This document shows positions 24,471 to 35,782 of a stretch of 64,000 nucleotides of DNA, one piece after another. A program made the translations under genes and the position numbers. Numbering within the stretch: the first letter of the stretch is position 1; the number at the start of each line of letters is the position of its first letter. Under the pieces are notes generated by a model. The model ran no database searches. It had not been told where the DNA came from and worked only from the letters and a program-made list of their open reading frames with translations. This stretch comes from Chiloscyllium plagiosum (Eukaryota), in assembly GCF_004010195.1 (NCBI RefSeq), contig NC_057719.1, positions 52,906,745 through 52,970,744 of the forward strand, written 5' to 3'.

Positions 24471-24914
24471 ATGCTGTGGTTATAGGCAGGAATCATCTAT
24501 TTGAGTAGCAAACATTAGGAAAACACTCAAATACAGTAGCACAGGGAAGTAGCAATGCTATTACGACAAAAAATGCCCCACTAAAAAAAAGGAATTTTTA
24601 AAAAAAGTGTGCAAATTAGAAAAATGTGATATCATAAATAATATTGTCAGGGTGTTTTAATTTCAGAAATGGACCAAATAAAGTACAGAATTAAATATTT
24701 TGGAGAAAACAATTCATAAGATATAGCTTCCAAACTAGATACTAAATCAGAAGCCAAACAAAAGTAGTGCATTTTATACACATTTAGGCTGTAGCCAATG
24801 ACATTACAGCTTGCTAATGTGTGAAAGTAGCAACAGATACCTTTGCAAAGGTACTGAAAGCCTTTGAGAATTCCTTCAATTTTGGAACAAATACAATTTT
24901 TGATAGAGCAAGAT

Positions 24915-25612
24915 TTATAGAGTCATAGGCTCATTCAGCACAGAAACATCCTTCAGTCCAATTTGTCCATGCTGCCCAAGTTTCTCAAATGAAACGAGTC
25001 CCATTTGCCTGCATTTGGCCCATATCCCTCCAAACCTTTCCTATTCATGTACATGTCCAAATCTGTTTTAAATGCTGTAACTATATCTGCATCTACCATT
25101 TCCTTTGGCAGTTTATTCCACATTCAAAGTAACCTCAGTGTAAAAAGCTTGCCCCTCAAGTCCCAGTTAAATCCTTCTCCTCTCATCTTAAAAATATGCT
25201 CTCTAGTTTTTAACTCCCCTTCCCTAGGGAAAAAGACCTTTGCTATTTACCTTATCTATCCCCTTCATAATTTGATAAACCTCTATGTGGTCACCCCTCA
25301 ACCTCATACACCCAATGAGAAAAGTCCCGCCTATCCAGCCTCTTCTTAAAACTCACTCAAACCATCCAGCTTCGGTAACATCTTTATAAATCTTTTTTGT
25401 ACCCTCATGTACATGGTTGTTTGAAATGTGGTATCACAGATAGACAGGGTGGTAAAGACAGCATTTGGCAGGCTCGCCTTCATTACTCAGATTATTGAGT
25501 ATAGGAGTGAGGACATCATGTTGTACAGGATGCTGATGAGGTCACTTTTGGAGTACTTTATACAGTTCTGGTCACCCTGCTGTAGGAAGGGTATTATCAA
25601 ACTGGAGAGGAG
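24915..25612. mobile_element. HER1/CR1-like LINE with 5' inversion (minus 24915-25407, plus 25420-25612)
   Basis: The minus part runs from GAGGGTACAAAAAAGATTT to the tail. The plus part (ORF 25428: VSQIDRVVKTAFGRLAFI...LEYFIQFWSP...IKLER) is the immediately upstream LINE segment, inverted. Confidence 0.88.
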
Positions 25613-25649
25613 TTCAGCATTCAGAGGAATCCATAAATTATTTCAGTCA

Positions 25650-27300
25650 TGACCTCTACCAATTAATTGAGAAATGCTACTGTGGTAACATCAAGTCAGA
25701 ATTCCTAAGAGACAGAATTGTTGTAGCAATTGCTGATACATTTTTGTCAGATTGTTATAGTTCAATGAATATCCAACTCTGGAGAAAGCCATTCAGGTGG
25801 TGAATGAAATACAGAAAAACACACACTAATCCCAAGAGTAACAGATCAACCTTGGCACAGGAGATCAGCAGAGTCCATTCAATCTAAGTTCCAAAATCAC
25901 AAATTGCATTTGTGAGAAACTAATACAGCAAGAGGCTAGGCACCAGATATTAAAAGTCCTTGTCGGCACCATGGAGTGAACCTTTACAGGCCACAATATG
26001 CCCAGCAATTAAAAAAAGAGAATACTTTATCTATCACAGAATAAGTTCACTTGCAGAAAATATGCAGATGTATGGCCCAGTCATTGAAAAACAAGTCAAA
26101 TAGCTATCCACAAAGAGGGGTTAGAACTGACTACAATTGAATAAAAACTTAAAATATTCCTAGTGAAAGTAGATTATTCACACCTTACATTTTGACGAAC
26201 TGATATTTATGTCAATGGTCATCTCCAAACATTCAAGTTAAACACCACATGATTGTCACTACATTACCAGATAGTGAGCCATGGTTAAGAACAGTTCAAT
26301 TATGTCATCCAGGAGGAATAGTATTTAAGATTAAAGGTATGGTATGAACAACTTCCCAGTATAAGGTAAGTCAAATAGTAGAAATATTCTTATATGTACT
26401 TCACAATTAAGAATCCCTACTATTCAGTAGCAATCTGTGTCTTGACCTCAATCATCTTTAAATGCAGAATGGGTGAAAGTAATTGAAGTCAAGGAAAAAT
26501 AGGCAGTCCAGAAATAAATGGTCAAGGAACAACCATTCAAATAACAACCAGTAAAAGGTATTATAGAGTTACATTGCTTAATGGTGGAACCTAAACTGAA
26601 AGCAGAATCCATTGAGATTAATTATGTTGACATTTGTTTCATAGTTTGTTTCAATAATATCAACAAGATGGGATCCTGTGACTATCCTGGTTTGGCAGAA
26701 AAGTTTTCCACTGCTATTAATGCTGAGGAGATTTCAGATTGTAAGAATGACTAAGAAAACAAAAGCAACAGGACAGGCAATGAGCAGAACGCATTACTTG
26801 AGCTAATTGACAAATCTATAACCGTTGTAACTCTGATTTACCAACACAGCTCGATAAACAAACAGCAATGACAAATTCAAGTCAGTGTTGACTACTGAGG
26901 TGACTCAGAATAGATATTTTCAGGTAGGATAGTTGATTTTATCTTCCCTGGATGAATCTTCAGTAGCTGTGACAGAGATCATACCTGGAAAAAAAACAAT
27001 CCTCAAATAGTAGAACAGAAGAAAGGAATAAGTTGTTTCACCAATAATGGCCAAATTAATCAAAAAGTTGAAAAAAGACATCTACATTTTTCAGCACAGG
27101 TAAGAATAAAATACGCTGACACAGATTGAAGACAACTCAATGGAAGCCACTACAGAGAATTAGTGGGACAATAAATGCCCAATGATTCAAGATACAACAA
27201 GGAGAAATTGTCTGTTTCAGCAGGGAGGATGTGCCCTACGAAAGAAATACAAAAGATCAAAGTTCCATGAATTTGAAAGTGTCCACTGACCTCAGGCTGT
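25650..27300 (+). pseudogene. Decayed Ty3/Gypsy-like LTR-retrotransposon gag-protease region
   Basis: Manual translation: EFLRDRIVVAIADTFLSD (25699), TLEKAIQV (25776), a decayed CPA...CR zinc knuckle (~26000-26070), DIYVNGHLQTFKLNT (26202, FKLDTG-like protease site), PGGIVFKIKGM, YVLHN*ESLLFSSNLCLDLN. The right boundary is uncertain. Confidence 0.75.
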
Positions 27301-28323
27301 CAGCATAAGGATCACAGAGAATGGAACTATCAGTTTTCCAAGTTCGAGAGTGACTCAATCAGTGAATCTGATAGGGGTAATACTGAAGAGTAACCAAAAG
27401 GACCATCCACTATGAAGATGTGGGGATTCACAGGCTTACGATTTCAGACAGGGTAAACCCTAACAAACATATCCTCCCAGTCTCTAACAATTTCTATTAG
27501 ATCAAATGTTATTTATATCTAATTGCTAATAAAGACTATTTCTTGTTCAAAATAGGTGTCACTTCTAATTAGAAGAGTAAGTAATTTTCCTCCAGCACAC
27601 TTGACCAAGCAGGCCCCACAGATCGATATGCTTAAAGAAGATGATGGCAACAAATATACCATGTGGGGAGGTGCAAACGCGGCTCAACTGCCAATACACA
27701 ATAATGTAATTTGAGATGATCACATACAAAACAGTGTAAAAATGATACTCAAATATAAAATATTCTGCACGGAGAGAAAGCAACAAAAGAATGTCCAGCT
27801 CAGCATTGACTCATGTCTCTTACCCTTGGGCCAATTTTTAGATGAAGAAATTGATGTTTCAAGAAATATGAAGGTTTCATTCAAAAGCTATCAAAGATTA
27901 TGATCAATAGTAAACTTGTTTTTCCTTCTCACTCACTTTTGATTCAGGCAGAATTGTAGAGTATTTATCTTTTCTGCAAATATTATAGAAGGAATGTATT
28001 CTAAAACCACTACTGGAGGATACATCACTATCTTCTGCATTACACTTAGACCATTTATCAACAAATTATATGCAAATATATCTAGCTATGTTTATTTTTC
28101 TTTGTTAATGCAAATTAATTCTGGTGATGTAGGGTAAGATCAACGTATTGAGTCAAGGCTGTTGAAACAAAGAACCATTTCTAATCAGTTTTGTTGGTTG
28201 TCAATTAAAAATAATATTATATTTCTAGGTTTGAAATGAATTATCAACAACATTTGAAGATCATTGCCATTCAAGACAAACAACCCACTTGATCAGCACC
28301 TTATCTATCCCAACCTCCACACT

Positions 28324-29900
28324 GGGCTGAATCCTGTTTTCTAGTTAAGTAGAAATTGCATCAAGTTTTTTTTGGAGGGATTCTCCCCATGAAGTCCAGT
28401 AGGACTGTATCTCACCAAACTTGTCTCTGTAACGACCTGTCTCTTCCCTATGGCACCCCTCTTATTCAATTCTATCCCATCTCACTATATACCATTCCTT
28501 GAACAACTCATCACTCACCAGATATCCTCCAAAAGGCCAGCATCCCTGGCACCCACATTATATTTAAAAGGCCACTGTGGATGAGCATGGACATTCCAAA
28601 GTTGCATTCATGTCAAACATATCAGAGAAAGGAAGATATTGTCCAGATTCTCCAACAGGGACCTGGAGGTCCTTAGGGAATGGATGGTATAAAGAGGGGC
28701 ACTCTTTTTCTGGAGGTTTGGAAGAGAAGGCCCACAACAAGACCCTGCCAGTTTGAATCATTCTATCTCTGCTACTATGCCCACCCTTATCAAGGATCAG
28801 TCAGTACCCTTGCATGCATGTAAAATCTTCTGTCACTCACATTCTCCACCAAATCTGCATGGACTCTGTACTATCAACTCACTAAAGCAGAACACCTCAC
28901 CATCCCTCTATAGCTTGCAGTCATGTCATGCGCTTTCAGGTCACTCAATCCTTCCTTTCCCCTCATTCCAGGAGATGGCAGCAACAATACAGCAGAAAGA
29001 CCCAGACAGTGGAGGGCTGACAGGGATTTGACGGCTCAGTCTTCACAAAGACAGAATCCTGGTCTTTATAGAAGAGGACTGGGACTGCTCCAGTGGTGAT
29101 GAGAGATACATTTCCCAACAATCAAATAAGTCCCATTGCTCATGCTGCTCCATCACTCACAGTTATCCCAATGGCAGTTTCATTCATTGTACACTACTTT
29201 TAACCATTGTCCACAATACCTTATCTTTCTTTTATCATGCAGAGTGTGGCAGGATATCTACCTCTTCTGTGGAGAAAGATCCAACTCTGCCAGCCAACCG
29301 CTCCACAAGCAAAAACCTCACTGCAACAGCTCTGCAGACAACCAAGGAAGAAATGCTCCAGGACACTGGCACTCGGGTGACTGGAGTAGGCATCTGCTCA
29401 ACTCCAGGTAGGAGAGGACCTAGTCATTTAGATAATCAGGGGCTTTAACCACATTAATCACAAGAAGAATCAAGGGCGGCAGACAGCTATGTGACAGGTG
29501 ACAGCGCTCTTTGCCCATAAGCCACATAGCGACCATCCTGCTACCTCCATGGATAGGTTGGCATTCAGAAACAAATACCACAAGGATCACCTGACCCAAG
29601 CTCCAGGGCCATTGGGCTCCACTGGCAAGCTGGCTCACTCCAGTCCAGCTGCAGATTCAGAGTCTACCCTGACATATATTGTAGGGAGAGGAAGTGAAAA
29701 CAGATTGCTGGTACCTTGGTAGCAGAGGTGACATAGCACTGCATTCTCACATTTGTAGAAGTGCCATTGCTTTGACATCATATCTGTTTGTTTGAATCTC
29801 TATACAACCCCAGCTGGAACTGCGCCAGCTTGATGTGTTACTGCATGTGCAGACATGATGTACCATGGAGTGATGTCAGGACTGAGAGCCTCCTACATGT
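28324..29900 (+). mobile_element. Decayed PIF/Harbinger-like element with a Myb/SANT-like remnant
   Basis: Starts GGGCTGAATC. RFSNRDLEVLREWMV*RGALF at about 28646 is homologous to 46510-46700. The right end is not defined. Confidence 0.55.
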
Positions 29901-30140
29901 GGAAGCAAACTGAAGAAGGCACCATACAGAGAATGAGTCCTCCCAGGTTCAAGTCCCACCTGCTCCAGGTGTGTATAATAACATCTCTCAACAGGTAGAT
30001 TAGAAAATCATTTTAAACATCACTATTCTTTCCCTGGCTGCTGTGTACAAATGTTGACATAAATCATGTGGTTAACAATATCTGGGGCAAATAGGAATTT
30101 GGCACATCGGGGCCAATCTGTTTGGGCATCTGGGAAGTAG

Positions 30141-30270
30141 GTCCTGAAGAAGGGCCTGTGCCCGAAACGTCGAATCTCCTGTTCCCTGGATGCTGCCTGA
30201 CCTGCTGTGCTGTTCCAGCAATAAAGTTTCAACTTTGATCTCCAGCCTCTGCAGACCTCACTTTCTCCTC
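30141..30270 (+). mobile_element. Family-1 PLE terminal fragment with an intact hammerhead core
   Basis: TC-CTGAAGA-A-GGGC-CTGT-GCCC-GAAA-CG-TC-GAAT (30142-30175), followed by GATGCTGCCTGACCTGCTG...CTCACTTTCTCCT. Confidence 0.9.
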
Positions 30271-30366
30271 CCAGAGGTCTGTGTTGTGTACAGAGTGCAT
30301 GGGTCTTCACATCAGTCCAACTCCCTCACAATTTGGCACACTTACCCTGCCCACTCCAGGTGTTTT

Positions 30367-30692
30367 TAGATTAGATTAGATTACATTACATTACACAGTG
30401 TGGAAACAGGCCCTTCGGCCCAGCAAGTCCACACCGACCCGCCGAAGCGAAACCCACCCCCATACCCCTACATTTACCCCTTACCTAACACTACGGGCAA
30501 TTTAGTATGGCCAATTCACCTGGCCCTGCACATCTTTGGACTGTGGGAGGAAACCGGAGCACCCGGAGGAAACCTAAGCAGACACGGGGAGAACGTGCAA
30601 ACTCCACACAGTCAGTCGCCTGAGGTGGGAATTGAACCCGGGTCTCTGGCGCTGTGAGGCAACAGTGCTAACCACTGTGCCACCGTGCCGCC
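30367..30692 (-). mobile_element. HE1-like V-SINE, young, full length
   Basis: Minus strand: GGCGGCACGGTGGCACAGTGGTTAGCACTG...CCCGGGTTCAATTCC, V core, and tail GGGCCGAAGGGCCTGTTTCCACACTG...(TAATC)n. CpGs are retained. Confidence 0.96.
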
Positions 30693-31814
30693 ATTTTCAT
30701 TCCCATTGTGTACTTTTAATTGATATCAGAATGGAACATGACAATGGACACTCTTCAGACAATGGTTTCCAACCTCCCCCTCTGTGTTGATAAGATCCTG
30801 AACATCCAGATCATCTTCCTGCAAGTCCGTCCCATAGAAACTTCACAGGCTTTACATCTCCCCAGCTCCCTACCCAAGCTACATTTGTGAGCTTCTAGCT
30901 GGCTACATCTCCCCTTTAGCCCTTGGCAAATGAAGTGACTATGCTGTGTTTGATCCTACACACTCCTGCCTTAACGCCCTGGGTGATTCTGACCATGGAC
31001 AAACACCCTTCCCCTGCTTTAACCACATGCCCCTTTCACATCCTTGCCACTGGGTCCCATCTTTATAAATATTATAGCCTTCAACAAAATTTTCATCCCT
31101 CCAACCTCCCAGTTTCCTTCCCCAATTCAGAAGAATAGCTTCTTGAGTCTCCTTCCCATGGCAATGGGCTCCCTTACTGCCTCCAACTTTTTCCATTTTT
31201 TTTCGATAGAAGGAGCCAATGGTCTGACCACGGCACACCCTATGGAGAGACCTAACTGGACATGCCCTGGACAGGAAGTGCACGGCCCCGTTGTTGATGC
31301 CTGTAGATCACCTTGATGCAATGACTCTCACTGCCTAGAAGCTGCAGTTTTACAGCTACTCATGCGACCATCTGGCTGCTTCCATGAACAGGAGGAGTCC
31401 AGATACAATGCCTCTGGAGTGGTCTGATTAAACCTCCAGATCCAATGGACTCCACTGTCAAACAGGCTCCCAGTTGTGGATCCAGTCACTACACTGAGGT
31501 GGTGAGAAGGAGGGAAAATGGGAAAACCTATTTAAGTTGCTCAGTGCCTTTGATAAGGTAGGTGAGTATTAATGAGAGTTATTGGACTATTAATAAGGCA
31601 GTGAACAAGTTTTAATCTCCCATAATTGGCACTGCCTAGTAAGGAACTCTTCTAATCTCTTCTTAGCAAATACATAAAAATTATAGTGAATTTCTCCCAA
31701 CATTGAAATAGGCCTTCCTGGACCTCTCTCAAATTTGGTTTGTAATAACTCACTCCTTTTCCCACATTGGTCAGGACTTTTGAAGATTCTGTCCATTCTC
31801 TTCCTCCACTGTTG

Positions 31815-32115
31815 TACAAGTGGCAGTAGTGTGCACCTTCACAAGATGCATTGTAGAATCTTTCACGTATCCTTCACCAATGCCTTCCAGACTCTACTCC
31901 CTAGAAGGACCAGGGCAGCAGAAGCACTGAAATACCAACAGCTGCAAATTCTCCCCAGCCTGACTGGGAACTAAATTATGATTTGATAGAACTCCCTCTT
32001 TAACTCCACTCTTGGTGTCCCCACATCTTATGGATTGTAGCAGTTCAAGAAGGCAGTGCATCACAAAGACCAGTTTGCAAATTATGGATCAGCTTTAACA
32101 TTCATACCTAAATCA
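31815..32115 (+). mobile_element. Old LINE 3' UTR (CR1/L2-like; tail shared with the 38452-type SINE)
   Basis: GCAGTAGTGTGCACCTTCACAAGATGCATTGTAG...AGAAGGACCAGGGCAGCAG...GCAGTTCAAGAAGGCAG. Related pieces at 34195-34445 (-) and flanking the LTR at 52997. Confidence 0.6.
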
Positions 32116-32252
32116 CATGAAGGAAAGCAAAACTCTTCAAATTTATTTGTTGTTGTTGGCTACCAAAGTTGATATTCCTAAAGTAACATCAGCACTCAGA
32201 ATGTCACTGATTATTGATTTTGAAAATACATTTGCCATGAGGTAGCACTTGG

Positions 32253-32592
32253 ATTGGCATGGTGGCTCAGTGGTTAGCACTGCTGCCTCACAGCAGCAGG
32301 GACTTGGGTTGGATCCCGGACATGGGCAACTGTCTGTTTGGAGTTTGCACATTGTCTGCATGGGTTTTAATTCAGTCCTCTGGTTTCCTCCCACAACCCA
32401 AGGATATACAAGTCGGCTATGCTCAGTTGTCCCAATAGTGTCCAGGGACGTGCAAATAATAGCCATGGAAAAAGTTTGGGTTATGGGGATAGGGTAGGGG
32501 GCTGGGTTAGTGTAGAATGCTCTTCAGAGGGTCACTGCAGACGCAGTGGGCTAAATGGCCTCTTTCTGCACTGTAAGGATTCTATGATTCTA
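32253..32592 (+). mobile_element. HE1-like V-SINE (diverged)
   Basis: TGGCATGGTGGCTCAGTGGTTAGCACTGCTGCCTCACAGC head, GGAGTTTGCACATT core, and tail CACTGTAAGGATTCTATGATTCTA. Confidence 0.92.
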
Positions 32593-34889
32593 ATAAAAGA
32601 AAATTGATCTGCAAATAATAACCAATATCTGGGAACATAAAATCACAGCTTCAAGAAAAATTTGTATTGTCAGACAAGAAGGTTATTCATATTATTTAAC
32701 TTCAATTCAATATTTAATTATGAATCTATTCTCAAAGCACCCACCAGACACTTGGGAATATAACTACATATATCTTTAGCAGTGTGCAAGCAGAATCTTT
32801 TATGAAATAAAAAAGATTTTAGAGTACATGAAGTTTCAGAGATTTTTTTATTATAGATATGTGATATCAAACAGCAGCCAGCTCACCGCAGTTCCTATTA
32901 TTCAGCTTCACTTTAATTTTAAATGCCTCAAGTGCTCAAATCTCCAGATCTTGTAAATATCATGCAACATAAGGCTTGGATACTTTTATTAAAGTTTTGA
33001 AGCATCTTGGTTTATTTGAAGAAAGTTATACACCAAGTCTGGGATTTAACTATAGAGAACACCAGCAGAGTAAGTCATTTGCTGAGGCAAAACTGACCAA
33101 TAAAGGAAATCGAAACTTCAAAAGTTCGCTTAAGCTTTATTTGCATTTATATTGCAACTGTTCCTCACTAACTTCAGGAAGGTTGTGACAATGTTTCTGC
33201 TCAAAATATATGAGTTTATGCATGAAGCTTTCATATTTCCTTAACACATTGGAACAACTGGCAATGGATTTTGTTATCTCTCTTCAGTAGTACAGTGCAA
33301 ATAGTGCCTCTGCAAATGTCTCCATTATGTGATATTCTGATATAAAAGCCACGCTGGTCTTGCTTAGATCTCAGCTGCAGAGCCTGTGATCTCCAATCAT
33401 GAAAAGATGAAGCTACTATTTCATTGTTTTAAGGTTCTGGGTGTCAGAGCCACAGTGGAATTAGCCTCAGCTTGTGAGGCAAAGCACTTGAGAACAAATT
33501 GTTTGCTGTGCTGCAGCATTTTGTGCCACTATTTGTGAAATTGTACACTGGATACAAGTTATTTTGTGCCTTATCACAACAGAGCCAAGTCTTATACTGT
33601 GAATTAATAAGGAGACATCATGCGCTACTACCCAAGTAGAAAATCACCAAATTAGTCTCATAATTAAGGAACAGAATGGATCAAATTTTGTCAAGTACAC
33701 AATCTCACTTTCTAGTTGTTGAATATGCATGCTATTAAGACACATTTGAATTAGTTTAGTTTCATCCCACCAAATAAAAATTGCTCCAATATTCAGCGTG
33801 AACATAATGTCTAAATTCTGAGGGAGGAGGGGAAGGGAGGGGAGGAAGCTTGGTGCTTAATTGTATGCACAAACCTGGACATTAATGACTGAGTCAATAT
33901 CTGTGATGTAAACACCACCATATCAATGCATTTTGTTTTTTGAGTTTTGTTTCTTTAAGCTGTACAGTGAGTATGACGCACACCCACATAACATGGTCTC
34001 AGATGTATCAACCATGTATTTGCATAAATAAAAACAGGAAAATTCAGGATGGATGGTGGATAGATAGAAAAGGGAGATTCAATGAGGAATTGATAACAAT
34101 TACTGAGTTTAGAGGAGAGTGAGGGACATCCTTTCTCTCAGCAATGAGGGGAAGAAACCTGCTGCAAAAGGGTGTGTTTAGGGGAGAGATTCTTTATTCA
34201 TTCATGGATTTTAGAATCACTACGATAGGTCATCCTAACTAACCTTGCAAAGGTGATAACAAACCACTTTTTTGAAGCATTGAAGTCCGTCTGGTGTAGG
34301 TACAGCACTATGATATTGCGAAGAATGTTCCAGGTTTTTGACCTAACAACAATGAAGAAATGGCGATATAGTCAGGGTGGTGTGTGGCTTGGAGACAAAC
34401 TGGCAGAAGGTGGTATTGCCATGCTCCTGATGCCATTGTCCTTCCCCCTTAGTCTAAAAAAAAGGAACAGCTTCTGACCTGAAAGATCAATTCTTGGTGG
34501 CATCACCATCATTCACACGGCATCAGCTGAAACTACAGAATAGATGGCTAACCTCAATATCAAACTGTAGCTGTTTCTCTCCAACCAAGAAACAACAGAA
34601 AGGTTGTGTTCACAGGTATGAGATTTCAGAGGACCACCATTTCACTGTTGGAAAAAATAGAGTCCAAACTCTGTACAAAGCCTACATAAAAGATCCATGT
34701 TTGCACTATATGGAGCTTGGAAATCAATAGGGAGCGTGGAATGAGCAGGAAAGGGGATGCAAGAGGGAGAAATTGTTATGAGTGCAAGAATACAATGAAA
34801 AGGTGGAGTAGTGTGCCAAAGTGTCCCTGAAGCCTTCATTTCCATTCACTAAAATCATACCTGATCTAAATCATAGTTTTAATACAATC

Positions 34890-35120
34890 TGAAAGAACTG
34901 AGGATGCTATAGATCAGAAACAAAAACACAGAGGTTGCTGGAAAAGCTCAGCAGACCTGGCAGCATCTCTGAAAATAAATCAGAGTTAACATTTCAGATA
35001 CAGTGATGTTTCCTCAGAACTGGTTGGAAGGAAGGGTCACTGGACCCGAAACGTTAACTCTGATTTCTCTGCACAGATGCTGCCAGATCTGCTGAGCTTT
35101 TCAAGCAACTTCATTTTTTT
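34890..35120. mobile_element. Palindromic family-2 PLE-derived insertion with two opposed hammerhead motifs
   Basis: Minus arm AGTT-CTGAGGA...GAAA-TG-TT-AACT. Plus arm AGGA-A-GGGTC-ACTG-GACCC-GAAA-CG-TT-AACT. The arms 34933-35020 and 35028-35110 are complementary. Confidence 0.85.
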
Positions 35121-35614
35121 TGCCATGGTCTCAACTTAATTCCATTTTTCTGTTGACATCATGCAATCTTTCAAGGACTTGTTTAGTTCAACCTTGAATA
35201 TTTTCAATGCTATAAAAATATTTGCCTCAATATTGGATGCTCTAATAATGAGATTCACTATCATCAATTGGGACAAGGGCATACTTATCCTTTTTGGATA
35301 GCTCAAACTGCCTTGTACTGCAGAAAACAAAAAAGAAAGAAAGAGTGAGGAGAGTTAGTTAGAATTTTGCAACCATTTTTGGATGATGCAACTGTTGTGG
35401 TTAAATAGCTGAAAGTATGCACAAGCTACAAATTATCAATTTTGTAACACTTTTTAATCCATGAGTTGGAGGTGACATTTATGGATGTTAGGTATTATAG
35501 AGATTGTTGATTGGTGTGTGATTGAGGTGGTTATTTCAAGCAGAGTCGGAGGCTAATAGTCCAGTTAGTAGGATATGTAGAAATGCATTCACTGACCTGG
35601 ATCACTTCACATCC

Positions 35615-35782
35615 TAGAGATGTGCAGCACAGAAACAGACCCTTCAGTCTAACGTGTCCACATCAACCAGATATCCTAAATAAATCTAGTCCCATTTACC
35701 AACATTTGGCCCATATCCCTCTAAACCCTTCCCATTCACTTACCCATCCAAATGGATGTTATAATTATACCAACCTCCACTT
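35615..35782 (-). mobile_element. HER1/CR1 3' tail fragment
   Basis: TAGAGATGTGCAGCACAGAAACAGACCCTTCAGTC...GGCCCATATCCCTCTAAACCCTTCC. Confidence 0.85.

Noticed and set aside
30620..30692. tRNA gene
   Set aside because: The A/B boxes continue directly into the V-SINE core and LINE-derived tail. It is a SINE head, as at 3252, 32253 and 49681.
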